Origin: an uncultured Bacteroidota bacterium
GTDB taxonomy: Bacteria; Bacteroidota; Ignavibacteria; Palsa-1295
NCBI GenBank assembly: GCA_963702215.1
Contig: OY969726.1
Coordinates: 1,809,533-1,873,532 of the forward strand
DNA: 64,000 bases
Direction of reading: 5' to 3'
Positions within the stretch are counted from its first letter, which is position 1. Each line of letters opens with the position of its first letter. A program made the position numbers and the translations under genes. The notes under the pieces are model-generated. The model was not told the origin of the DNA. It did no database searches and saw only the letters and a list, made by a program, of their open reading frames with translations. Of the stretch, positions 1 to 11,166 are shown piece by piece.

Positions 1-1398
<1,398 letters not shown>

Positions 1399-1440
1399 GG
1401 ATCGCAGCAGACGTTGCGGGGACTTTTGTAACCTCGACTC

Positions 1441-2437
1441 TTAATTCACGGTGGCGTAACAGACTTCGAAAAAGCTTTTCACATCGTTCCACCGTTTCTC
1501 GAGGCGAAACCCGCTCGCTTTCAGGATCTCCTCGAAAGCCTCCGGAGAATATTTGTACGAAAATTCCGTAATAACATGTTCCCCTTCCGCGAAATAAATT
1601 TCCTCTCCTTCTAAGAGGTAATGCTGAGCCTTCCGGCTGACTAAATGCATCTCGATTCGGCTTTGCTGCTCGTTAAAGAACGCGAGATGTTCGAAATCGT
1701 TCTGGTGAGATGGGCAGATCGAACGCGGCGGCAACCCGCTCGATTAAGTGAAGATTAAATTCGGCGGTAATTCCTTCCGCATCGTTGTACGCTGCTTCGA
1801 GGATGGATTTATCTTTTACCAGATCGAACCCAATGAGTAGGCCACTGCCATCGCCCAATAGCATGGCAATGCCCTTTAGAAATTCGACGGCCTGCTCCGG
1901 CATAAAATTCCCAATCGTCGAGCCGGGAAAGAAAAACATTCGCTTCCCCTTCTCGTTGAATCGCGGAATCGTAATGGGTTTCGTATAGTCTCCACAAACC
2001 GGGCTTATTTCAAGCGTTGGAAATTGTTCCGATAACCGACGCGAAGCGCGCGCGAGCTGCTCTCGTGAAATATCCACTGGGATATACGCGCGAGGCTGAT
2101 CGAGCGCCATGAGCAGCATGCGCGTCTTTACGCCGGCTCCGGTGCCGAATTCAATGACGAGTGCGTTCGGGCCGATAAGCGCGGCCATCTCCAGCAGGTG
2201 GGCCTCGAAGATCGCGATTTCTGTTCGCGTGAGATAATATTCTGGCAGGCGCGTGATTGCCTCGAAAAGCTGCGATCCGCGCTCGTCGTAAAAGAGCTTG
2301 CTCGGAAGCTGTTTCGGCTTGGCAGTCAGGCCCGCAAGCACCTCCCGCCGGAAGGATGACAAAGCCGGCCGCGCTCCGGGATTTATGATGGTAGTGGGGT
2401 GGTTCAAAGAGTAATTAAACACTCGGCATCGGCGCAT
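1441..2437 (-). pseudogene. egtD: EgtD-like L-histidine N-alpha-methyltransferase (ergothioneine-type), interrupted by a frameshift at about 1673-1734
   Basis: The N-terminal 254-aa ORF (1673-2437) carries the EgtD hallmarks LFYDERGSQLFEAITRLPEYYLTRTE, EFGTGAGVKTRMLL and FPGSTIGNF. The C-terminal 97-aa ORF (1441-1734) carries RIEMHL...EGEHVITEFSYKY. The two ORFs overlap in different frames. Their combined length of about 330 aa fits EgtD. Confidence 0.7.
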
Positions 2438-2487
2438 AAATCCGTGCCTCCATCTGCTCTCTGAGAATTAAATCGATATCCGATACC

Positions 2488-3357
2488 GTGCGCAAAGTTC
2501 ACATCGCCACCGTTTCGTTCCTCATGGAGGATACGCCACATTCCGTCCCATTCAATCTGGGCCGGGCCGCCGAATATATTCGTGAGGCGCGACGGGCGGG
2601 TGCCCAACTCGTGTGCCTGCCGGAGACGGTCACGACGAATGGGTTTCCGGGGCACACAAAAGCCGATCCGGATTGGTCCAACTTTTTCCAGGCGGCGGCG
2701 ATCGAGAGTTCGGTCGCTGTTATTGCCCCGTTTTACGTCGAGGAGAATGGGAAGGTGTTCAATCAGGCGAATGTGTTCGATTCATCAGGGAATCGGGTCG
2801 GCTTCTACCGCAAAGTTCAGCCGACGGGAGCGGAAGCGAAGTGGGTGACGCCGGGTAGCGAGTTCCCAGTTCTCGATCTCGGATTTGCGAAGATCGCGAT
2901 GATGATCTGTATGGATATTTATTTCCCGGAGATCGCCCGAATCTACGCCATGAAGGGCGCGGAACTTCTTTTCTGGCCCACAACCACGCATGGCCCGACA
3001 CAAAGCGGCTTGGAGGCGCAACTTCGTTCCCGGGCCATAGATAATTCCCTGCACGTTGTCGAATCGAATCTTGCATGCCACCCGCCGTATGCGCCATATA
3101 ACGGCCGATTTTATCCGGGCAATGCACGCATCGTGGATTTCAGTGGCGATATGCTCGCGCAAACCGGCCGGCGGGGCGGGATCGCGTTCGCGAGTATCGA
3201 TCTGGACGAACGCCGAATGACTTCAAACGTCGTCCTCATCCACGAACCCGACGACACCCGCCTCGATTTGGAAGCGCTTGCGCAAATGGATTTATATGCG
3301 AAAGAATATGCCGCTATTGCCGCTCGTCAAAAACGATTTTACGACTCCATCAAATGA
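2488..3357 (+). CDS. carbon-nitrogen hydrolase family amidohydrolase (nitrilase / beta-ureidopropionase / N-carbamoyl-amino-acid amidohydrolase-like)
   Basis: 289 aa with an E-K-C triad context (VCLPETV ... MMICMDIYFPE ... ELLFWPT) typical of the CN-hydrolase fold. Confidence 0.8.
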   Translation: MRKVHIATVSFLMEDTPHSVPFNLGRAAEYIREARRAGAQLVCLPETVTTNGFPGHTKADPDWSNFFQAAAIESSVAVIAPFYVEENGKVFNQANVFDSSGNRVGFYRKVQPTGAEAKWVTPGSEFPVLDLGFAKIAMMICMDIYFPEIARIYAMKGAELLFWPTTTHGPTQSGLEAQLRSRAIDNSLHVVESNLACHPPYAPYNGRFYPGNARIVDFSGDMLAQTGRRGGIAFASIDLDERRMTSNVVLIHEPDDTRLDLEALAQMDLYAKEYAAIAARQKRFYDSIK

Positions 3358-4646
3358 GGAAATATTTTGCAACGCTTACCGTCCTTGCTCTCGCGTCCGT
3401 TCTTGGTGGCTGCAATCGAGCGGAAAACGCCCCCGGCAAAATCCACCTCAAGCTCGTTCACTTTTATCTCGATCAGAAGGATGCGTGGCAGCATGATGTC
3501 GTCGATCCATTTATGAAGGCGCACCCCAATATCGAGATCGATGTCGAAGCGATTCCGTATGGGTTATACACCGCGAAGATCGAGGCAGCGGCGGCAAGCG
3601 GTACATCGCTCGGGGATGTTGTTGTCATCGACGATTGGTTTGGGCAGGATCTCTTCAAACGCGATTATACGATTCCACTGGATTCGTTTTTTCATCGCGA
3701 TCTGAATGACAGCGATTTCTTCACACAATTTTTCACCGTATGGCATAGAGGCAATGTTCCCACAGGGCCGCTCATGGCCATGCCGGCATGCGGAGGCGTA
3801 ACCGCACTTTTCTATAACAAAGATCTCTTCGATAAAGCTGGGCTTCAATATCCCGATTCTTCCTGGACTTATAACGATATGTTAAATGCCGCGCGAACGC
3901 TGACGAACAATGAGGCAGATCCCGCAAAGAAGAGCTGGGGACTCTTGCTCGATGACGGAGGCTTTACCGGAGTCGATACCTACATTTACTCGAACGGTGG
4001 AAGAATCCTGAGCAATGATATGCAGCACAGCGCAATGATGGATCCGGCGACGCTTGCGGTGGTTCAATCCTATATCGATCTCGTTCAGAAAGATCATCTT
4101 GCACCTCCGCCGGACCCCTCGATGCCGCTGGGGGAACAGTTCCTGCTGGGCCGCGCAGGAATGATGCTGAATATCGACTACGCAAAAACAGAGCTCGCGC
4201 ACGCCACCTTTCGTTGGGATTTAGCCGCACCGCCCCGAGGCTCTGCCGGACTGATGGACCGTGAGAATGGCCAAGCCTTCGGTATTCCGACGACGTGCGA
4301 GCATCCGGATTCCGCGTGGGAACTGATTAAATGGATCGTCACGCTGCCCTCGAAAAAGGGAATTAACGATCTCTTCTTCTCCGCCATGCCGCTGTATAGA
4401 CCGCTCGCGAATTCGAGCGATTATCTCGATGGCACCCCAAAGTGCAACCGGCGCGCGCTCATGGCGATCAATAATTACGGGCATCTCTTCACGCTCATCA
4501 CGCCCGGCTGGCAGCAGTGGCGCGACAACGGATTCATTCCCAACATGCAGGATATGCTGGCGGGGCGCGAATCCGTTCAGGACGGCTGCGCTGCCATCGA
4601 TAAAATGATTAACGATGTGCTCGCGCATAATCGCGCCAATCCATGA
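3354..4646 (+). CDS. ABC transporter solute-binding lipoprotein (carbohydrate/oligosaccharide family 1 type)
   Basis: 430 aa. It has a lipoprotein signal with a lipobox (LALASVLGGC), and its size and composition are typical of extracellular solute-binding protein family 1. It is immediately followed by two ABC permeases, and its 4-nt overlap with the upstream gene suggests an operon. Confidence 0.8.
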   Translation: MRKYFATLTVLALASVLGGCNRAENAPGKIHLKLVHFYLDQKDAWQHDVVDPFMKAHPNIEIDVEAIPYGLYTAKIEAAAASGTSLGDVVVIDDWFGQDLFKRDYTIPLDSFFHRDLNDSDFFTQFFTVWHRGNVPTGPLMAMPACGGVTALFYNKDLFDKAGLQYPDSSWTYNDMLNAARTLTNNEADPAKKSWGLLLDDGGFTGVDTYIYSNGGRILSNDMQHSAMMDPATLAVVQSYIDLVQKDHLAPPPDPSMPLGEQFLLGRAGMMLNIDYAKTELAHATFRWDLAAPPRGSAGLMDRENGQAFGIPTTCEHPDSAWELIKWIVTLPSKKGINDLFFSAMPLYRPLANSSDYLDGTPKCNRRALMAINNYGHLFTLITPGWQQWRDNGFIPNMQDMLAGRESVQDGCAAIDKMINDVLAHNRANP

Positions 4647-5511
4647 ACCATTGAAATCACGTTCGGCATATCTCTACCTCCTTCCGATTTTGATCGGCCT
4701 CACCGTATTTACGGCCGGCTCCGTGCTCGCTTCGCTCGCGCTTTCCTTTACGCACTACAATATCGGCCAGTTCCCAGCGTTCACTGGCATAGCAAATTAT
4801 AGGGAGCTTTTTCATTCCGATTTATTTTGGCGGGTGGTTCTGAATACCTGCTATTATGTCGTTCTTTACGTTCCAGCCAGCATCGCTGTCTCGCTTGCAC
4901 TGGCCTTGCTCATCGAGCCGAGCATTCGCGGAATCTCTTTTTTCCGAACCGTTTATTTTCTCCCGGTCGTCGTGAGCATTGTTGCCGCAGCGATAATCTG
5001 GTCGTGGATGTACAATAGCGATGTGGGCCTGCTCAATTATTTGCTTTCGTTCCTTGGCATCGCAGGCCCGAAATGGCTGGACGATCCGCATTGGGCACTG
5101 CCGGCAATTGCCATCATGAGTGTATGGAAAAACGCAGGATATAACATGATGATCTTCCTCGCGGGCCTTGCAAGCATCCCGAAAGATTACCACGAGGCCG
5201 CACGCCTCGATGGATCGAACGCGTGGAACCGTTTTCGGCATATCACGCTGCCCCTGCTTTCGCCGGTAACCTTTTTTGTGCTTATCGTGACGACCATCGG
5301 CGCATTTCAGGTTTTCGAGCAAACATTCGTGATGACGAATGGCGGCCCAGGAGTTTCATCGCTGACGCTCAGCTATTACATTTGGCAAATGGCGTTTCGC
5401 TTTTTCGATCTTGGCGGCGCAAGCGCGCTCGGGTATATTTTGTTCCTCCTCGTACTTCTCGTGACTGGGCTGCAATTTCTCGGGCGACGAAAGTGGGTGT
5501 TTCAGCAATGA
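4615..5511 (+). CDS. ABC transporter permease (MalF/UgpA-like)
   Basis: Six predicted TM segments and the EAA-loop signature EAARLDGSNAWNRFRHITLPLLSP. The ATG at 4615 overlaps the solute-binding gene by 32 nt, so an alternative TTG start at 4651 (MKSRSAYLYLLPIL) is plausible. Confidence 0.85.
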   Translation: MCSRIIAPIHEPLKSRSAYLYLLPILIGLTVFTAGSVLASLALSFTHYNIGQFPAFTGIANYRELFHSDLFWRVVLNTCYYVVLYVPASIAVSLALALLIEPSIRGISFFRTVYFLPVVVSIVAAAIIWSWMYNSDVGLLNYLLSFLGIAGPKWLDDPHWALPAIAIMSVWKNAGYNMMIFLAGLASIPKDYHEAARLDGSNAWNRFRHITLPLLSPVTFFVLIVTTIGAFQVFEQTFVMTNGGPGVSSLTLSYYIWQMAFRFFDLGGASALGYILFLLVLLVTGLQFLGRRKWVFQQ

Positions 5512-6338
5512 AGAAGACCCTTCACCACATCGTTCTTTGGATGGTTGCGGCGATGATGTTGGTGCCGCTTGTTTGGATGGCGATTACTTCGCTTCAAAGC
5601 CCGGAATCGCTCGTTCATTTCCCGCCGAAGCTAATTCCTTCTCCGCCTCGATTCTCGAATTATTCCACCGTATTTCGCGAACTCCCAATTGGAACGTTTT
5701 TTCTCAATTCGATCAAGATTTCGGTCCTCGGAACGATTGGCGAACTCATCGCCGCATCGCTCGCAGCCTTCGCATTCGCCAAAATGCGATTTCGTGGTAA
5801 GCGCATTATCTTCGGTCTGCTGCTTGCGACGATGATGATTCCGTTTCAGGTGACGATGATTCCCGTCTATGTCGTCATGCGCTATCTAGGCTGGCTGGAT
5901 AACCTCGCTTCCCTCATTGTGCCGCATTTCTTCGGCGGCGCCTTTGCCTCGGGAGCTTTTGGCGTATTTTTGCTCCGGCAATTTTTCGAATCGGTTCCCA
6001 AAGAATTGGAAGATGCCTCGCGCATCGATGGCGCGAGCCAGTTCCGGTATTTCATAACCATTTTGTTACCGCTTTCTCGACCTGCGCTCGCAGTGCTTGC
6101 GCTGTTCGTTTTTATGGGTATTTGGAATGATCTGCTTTCGCCCGTCCTCTTTCTTTCGAGCGAAGATAAAATGCCGCTGCCGTTCGGACTCGCCGTTCTG
6201 CAAACGGTTCAGCATAATTTTCGGTACGATTTGCTCATGGCCGGAACGCTCATTAGCATCGTTCCCATCGTTATCGCCTACATTTTCGCCCAGCGATATG
6301 TGACTCAGGCATTTTTGCGTGCAGGAGTGAAGGGATAG
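5508..6338 (+). CDS. ABC transporter permease (MalG/UgpE-like)
   Basis: The ATGA overlap with the upstream permease puts the start at 5508, so the table ORF starting at 5223 is over-extended. The EAA-loop is DASRIDGASQFRYFITILLPLSRPAL. No ATPase gene is present in the cluster. Confidence 0.85.
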   Translation: MKKTLHHIVLWMVAAMMLVPLVWMAITSLQSPESLVHFPPKLIPSPPRFSNYSTVFRELPIGTFFLNSIKISVLGTIGELIAASLAAFAFAKMRFRGKRIIFGLLLATMMIPFQVTMIPVYVVMRYLGWLDNLASLIVPHFFGGAFASGAFGVFLLRQFFESVPKELEDASRIDGASQFRYFITILLPLSRPALAVLALFVFMGIWNDLLSPVLFLSSEDKMPLPFGLAVLQTVQHNFRYDLLMAGTLISIVPIVIAYIFAQRYVTQAFLRAGVKG

Positions 6339-6344
6339 AGCCCA

Positions 6345-7496
6345 ATGGAATCCATATCAATCGAGCGCGTAATTCTACGCCGCGTTCGCATTCCTATGCG
6401 TGAGCCGTTTCGAATTTCGAATGGCGTCGTTTCCAAAAAGGAAAGCATCGTCGTGGAATTGCATTCGCGTGGCCGGATTGGTTACGGCGAAGCCTCACCA
6501 ATGAGCGGCTCGTTCTATTCGAGTGAAACGCCGGAGAGCACGTGGTCTGCATTGGCGAATGACCTTATTCCCGATCTTTTCTCGCGAAGCCTTGCAAATC
6601 CCGTGGAGTTCGCCGAAGTGCTCAATGATTATGTGGGCGAGCCATTCGCGCGAGCAGGAATCGAAGGGGCGGTGTGGGATTTATTTGCCGCCCATCTCGG
6701 CACCAGCATTCGGGAGCTGTTCGGCGCACCTTCCGCCAGAATCCCTTCCGGCCTCGCAGTCGGCATATATGAGTCTGTCGAAGAATTGCTCGATCGCATC
6801 GCGTTTTACCAGAAGGACGGTTACCAGCGTGTTAAAATAAAAATCGCGCCGGGATGGGATATAGAGCCACTCACCGCAGTGCGCAACCGTTTCGGAGATA
6901 TTCCGCTTATGGTCGATGCGAACGCGGCTTATAATTTGTCCGAACACGCGGATATTCTCTGTTCGCTCGACCGATTCCATCTCATGATGATCGAGCAGCC
7001 GCTCGGGAGCAATGCACTTGACGCACTAGCGGAACTTTCGCGGATGATGCCAACGCCGATCTGCTTCGATGAATCAGCGGATTCGCTCGACGCGCTCGAA
7101 AAAATCATTGCGCTGCGGCCACCAGCTAACCCCTTCCTTGAACAGGCGGGGAAATTTATCCTGAATATCAAAGTGCAGCGGGTGGGCGGGTTGTGGAATG
7201 CGAGGAAAATGCTCGATCGTGCGCGCGAGGCCGGGCTTGCGTGCTGGCTCGGCACAATGCCGGAGCTTGGCATTGCCAGCGCGCAGGCCCTTGCGATTGC
7301 AACGCTCCCGGGATTTGTTTATCCGACGGACATCGAAGCCAGCGATCGATGGTTCGCTGACGATCTTACGGATCCCGCCATCACAATTTCAAGCGATGGA
7401 TTTATTGTTCCACCCAATGAAGGAACGACGGGATACCTCGTGGATCGACAAAAGTTAGAACTCTATACGATCGAAAAGCGAGTATTCGAACGATAA
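6345..7496 (+). CDS. enolase-superfamily enzyme (mandelate racemase / muconate lactonizing enzyme family; OSBS / N-acyl amino acid racemase / dipeptide epimerase-like)
   Basis: 383 aa. It has an MR/MLE N-terminal capping domain and a barrel with KIKIAPG...DANAAYN, placing candidate metal ligands and the acid/base Lys in the expected positions. Confidence 0.75.
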   Translation: MESISIERVILRRVRIPMREPFRISNGVVSKKESIVVELHSRGRIGYGEASPMSGSFYSSETPESTWSALANDLIPDLFSRSLANPVEFAEVLNDYVGEPFARAGIEGAVWDLFAAHLGTSIRELFGAPSARIPSGLAVGIYESVEELLDRIAFYQKDGYQRVKIKIAPGWDIEPLTAVRNRFGDIPLMVDANAAYNLSEHADILCSLDRFHLMMIEQPLGSNALDALAELSRMMPTPICFDESADSLDALEKIIALRPPANPFLEQAGKFILNIKVQRVGGLWNARKMLDRAREAGLACWLGTMPELGIASAQALAIATLPGFVYPTDIEASDRWFADDLTDPAITISSDGFIVPPNEGTTGYLVDRQKLELYTIEKRVFER

Positions 7497-7497
7497 T

Positions 7498-8430
7498 ATG
7501 AAGGCAGCAGAAGTTCAGGAACGTTTGCGGAACCGGCTTATCCCGGCCGTGCCGGTTCCGTTTACGGCGGATCGAATTATCCATCACGAATCCCACGTGC
7601 GCATGGCAGGATACATGGCCGACATGCCGATCGCGGGGGTGGCCGTATGGGCCCATACAGGGCGCGGGCTGCTACTAACGGAGAATGAACGCACGGAAGT
7701 ACTGACGCATTGGCGCGAATCGTTACCGGAATCGATCATCGTGGCCGGAGCAGGCTCGCGCGAGATGGCGAAACATGCGGCTTCGCTCGGCGCAGATGCA
7801 ATTCTCTGCCATCCGCCCACGCAGCTTCGGGAACTTCCGGAGCGAGAACGCGATGGCGCTATCATGGAATATCATCGCGAACTTTCAGAAGCCGGTCTTC
7901 CCCTTATCCTATTCTATCTCTATGAAGCCGCCGGCGGCATCGACTACTCAACCGACCTCCTTCGCAAACTCCTCGCGCTACCAAAAGTAATCGGCATCAA
8001 GGTCGCCACGCTCGATAGCATCATGACATTCCAAACCCTGGCAAAAGTCATCAAAGCCGACTTCCCGCACAAGCTTCTCATTACCGGCGAAGACCGTTTC
8101 TTCGGCTACTCGCTCATGCTCGGTGCAGACGCGGCCCTCGTGGGCATGGGAACGGCGCTCACGGCACTGCAAGCCGAGATGATGCAAGCGTATTACTCGC
8201 AACAATCCGAAGATTTTCTTTACCGCTCGAACGTCGTCGATCGATTCGCTATGGCCACCTTCACCGCACCGATGGAAGGATATATCGGCCGGATGCTTTA
8301 CGCGCTCTCGTGGCTGGGCGTGATTTCACCAAACGCGATTTTTGACCCCTGGGCACCAAGCATTGAAGAAGAAGACGTTCAACGCGTTGGCGATTTCCTT
8401 GCCACCCTGCCAACCGAACTCAAACGCTGA
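7498..8430 (+). CDS. dihydrodipicolinate synthase / N-acetylneuraminate lyase family (class I aldolase/dehydratase) protein
   Basis: 310 aa. It has a GVAVWAHTGRG motif (GxxxxGTTGE-like) and a Schiff-base lysine context VIGIKVATLDS. It is translationally coupled to its neighbours. Confidence 0.7.
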   Translation: MKAAEVQERLRNRLIPAVPVPFTADRIIHHESHVRMAGYMADMPIAGVAVWAHTGRGLLLTENERTEVLTHWRESLPESIIVAGAGSREMAKHAASLGADAILCHPPTQLRELPERERDGAIMEYHRELSEAGLPLILFYLYEAAGGIDYSTDLLRKLLALPKVIGIKVATLDSIMTFQTLAKVIKADFPHKLLITGEDRFFGYSLMLGADAALVGMGTALTALQAEMMQAYYSQQSEDFLYRSNVVDRFAMATFTAPMEGYIGRMLYALSWLGVISPNAIFDPWAPSIEEEDVQRVGDFLATLPTELKR

Positions 8431-9618
8431 TGGACTGGCGCGCAAAGCTCCGCGAAGATTTCGAGCGTTTTGCCAATGGGCTTCCGCGCCCCCTTGAAGG
8501 TTACATTCTCGAAACGTACGGAATCTCCCTTGCAAGCGAATATGCCGGAATCCCTATAAAGAATCCATTCGGAAAAGCGTCCGGTCAGCTTTCTCTTAAT
8601 GAGAATCAGGTTGAGCGGGACGCGGAAGCCGGACTCGGATTCGTCGTTCTTAAGACGCTTATCGCTCAAGATGAGAGCGGCTCGCAGTCGATGAAAGCGT
8701 GGGCCATTCAGGCCACAAAGATGACGGTCGAAGAAATTGTTGGAACCCGTGAAGCCGTGCGCGGCGAGCGAGGGTGGACGATTTCGTGGAAAGGACGCGG
8801 ATGGAGCGAAAGTTTCGAAAAGTATCTCGATTTTTTCGATCGTGCGCTCCAAATTGGATGGAACGCAAAAATGCTGATCGTTCCCTCGGTCAAATATCAT
8901 CTTCCAAAGCCGGGCGAAGACGAATGGCGAACGGGCGAATATGAGTTTACGACATCTGAAGCTGCACCAGCTCTGGCAACGACACCGAAAGGATCCGATG
9001 CCACTCGAAAAGGATTTTTCGCCGACACTCGCCGGCGATCAGGATTTTTCGCGCGAGAAGGAGAATATCCTCAACTGGCTTCACCATGTGCCGCGAATTG
9101 TTCGAAAAACGAGCGTCGGGAACGCTGTTCGTCTCGGCCTCAAGATTTTTAACGCCGGGTTCTCGGATGAATTCCAGCTCGCAATGCTCGATCTCTGCGA
9201 GGCAAGCATGCCGCGCGCCGATTACATTATTTATGGGAACCGGTTGTTCGATCCAATAAAGAGTTACGAGGGCGTGAGTGGCGTTGCCTACGGCGGCCCG
9301 GATTTGAGTGACCGAAATCTTTCCGTGCTTTCACGCTGGCGGCATTCCATTCCCCTTTCGGCGACCGGAAATATCACCACGGGCCGAATGGCCTTCGAAT
9401 ATTTGAAAAACGGAGCAACATCGTTCCAAATGCATACGCTCTTTCAGTTTCCAGATTCGGAATTCGTAATGAAAGGGGGTTCCCGAACCGAGCGTGCCTT
9501 GCACCGGCTGTTGTTTCATCCCGAGCATGGGTTCCTTGCCCCGCTGCTGGCCCAAGGAGAAAAGCAAGGGTGGGCGCGGGAAATAAGCATCGCGGAGATT
9601 GCGCGGAGCTATCAGTAA
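8430..9618 (+). CDS. dihydroorotate / dihydropyrimidine dehydrogenase-like FMN TIM-barrel protein, split by a frameshift (overlap 8941-9152)
   Basis: The N-terminal ORF contains GIPIKNPFGKASGQLS and LGFVVLKT, which resemble DHOD-like substrate and FMN loops. The C-terminal ORF (8941-9618, different frame) contains IPLSATGNITTGRMAFEYLKNGATSFQMHT, which matches the DHOD C-terminal motif IPIIGxGGIxSGxDAxEkIxAGAsxVQxyT. Confidence 0.6.
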
Positions 9619-9639
9619 CGCAGTTGTTCTCGCCCCGCG

Positions 9640-9657
9640 AGCGGACTTTTAGTCCGC
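9640..9657 (+). terminator. weak stem-loop downstream of the DHOD-like gene
   Basis: GCGGACT-TTT-AGTCCGC is a perfect 7-bp stem lying 22 nt after the stop codon. No U-tract follows it, so terminator function is uncertain. Confidence 0.3.
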
Positions 9658-9824
9658 ATCCTGCTGAGGGAGCTTAAGCGCGATCCGTCTAGAAGTCCGT
9701 CGCACAGACAAAAATACCTGTGCCACTCCGCTCGTCACTTATTGTTTTGCCAGATTTTGTGCATCGCCCTCTTTTATATCATAAATTTGTAGTTAAGAAT
9801 TGTACCGAAGAAAGGCTCATCATA

Positions 9825-11103
9825 ATGAATTTTGAAATCGCAGACGAGATCGACATAGTAACCCCAACATTTCCGGCGCGGACGGTGCCGCCGGTATCGC
9901 AGATGGCGCAAGGGCTAATTGGCTCGGAGATCTTAAAAATCGCCGCCGATATTCGCGCGATGGTGGCGGAGGGGCACACAATCTGCAATCTCACCGTTGG
10001 CGATTTCGATCCAAAATACTTCCCGATCCCGAGGAGCCCTGCGAACGTCGATCGAAGCGGCGCTCGACGCCGGCGAAACGAATTATCCGCCGTCGGATGG
10101 AATGTTGAACGCTTCGCAAAGCCGTGAAAAGCTTTTACGAACGGCGGCTTGGCCTGGATTATCCAACCGAATCCTTCATCATCACGAGTGGCGCGCGGCC
10201 AGCGATTTATTCCACGTATGCCACGCTGATCGACGAAGGCGATAAGGTGGTTTACCCGGTTCCATCGTGGAATAATAATCATTATTGCCACGTGGCCCGC
10301 GCAACATGGGAACGTGCGGTCTGCCGCCCGGAGGATGCGTTTCCTTCCCACTCGCGAAGTGCTGGATGGCAAACTCGCCGATGCCAAATTGCTTTCGCTC
10401 TGCTCGCCGCTCAATCCGGCGGGCACCGCGTTTACCCGCGAGGCGCTGGAAGGAATTTGCGATCTCGTGATTGATGAGAATGATCGTCGCGGTCTCGGAT
10501 GACCGACCGCTTTTCATAATGTACGATCAGGTATATTGGATGCTGACGTTTGGCGAGACGGTGCATTACAACCCGGTTTCGCTTCGACCGGAGCTGGCTG
10601 CGAATACGATCTTTGTCGATGGCATCAGCAAAGCCTTCGCTGCAACGGGTGTGCGCGTCGGGTGGGCCGTGGCCGCGCCGGATGTTGCGCATCGCATGTC
10701 CAACATTTTGGGGCATATCGGTGCCTGGGCGCCTCGAGCGGAGCAGGTCGCCACGGCGGCGCTCCTCCTCGATGATGACGCCATCGATGGCTACCACGCA
10801 ACGATGATCGCGGAAATCGAGGCGCGCTTGAATCTGCTGTATCACGGCATTCGCGATTTGCGCGAAGCCGGGTTCCCCATGGATGCGATTACGCCGATGG
10901 GTGCGATTTACCTTACCGCGCGCTTCGATCTGATCGGCCGCAAATCCCCATTGGGAACGACTTTCGAGACAAACGAAGATATTCGCAAGTATTTGCTCGA
11001 AGAGGTGCGGCTGGCGGTCGTGCCGTTCCAGGCATTTGGTTCCGAAGGCAATTCGAGGCTGGTTCCGGCTCTCCGCCGGTGCGGTTTCGATGGAAGCCAT
11101 TGA
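9825..11103 (+). pseudogene. class I/II PLP-dependent aminotransferase, fragmented over at least four reading frames
   Basis: Consecutive ORF pieces recapitulate an aminotransferase: 9825-10127 (MNFEIADEIDIV...ICNLTVGDFD), 10124-10300 (FIITSGARPAIYSTYATLIDEGDKVVYPVPSWNNN), 10314-10502 (LSLCSPLNPAGTAFTREALEGICDL) and 10471-11103 (PLP-lysine motif GISKAFAATGVRVGW plus the C-terminal domain). Confidence 0.65.
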
Positions 11104-11166
11104 GGGGATGCTCGGACGACTGCGTACGGCGCTGGAATCCCTATAATCTTAAACTTCCGTTCTCGA

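Noticed and set aside
5223-5507. 5' extension of the second permease ORF back to 5223
   Set aside because: The extension overlaps the first permease out of frame by 285 nt. The ATGA junction at 5508 with a typical N-terminus MKKTLHHIVLWMV is the real start.
9619-9824. Possible tRNA or ncRNA in the 200-bp gap before the aminotransferase
   Set aside because: No cloverleaf-compatible pairing or conserved T-loop GTTC(G/A)A was found. Only the simple hairpin reported as a weak terminator is present.
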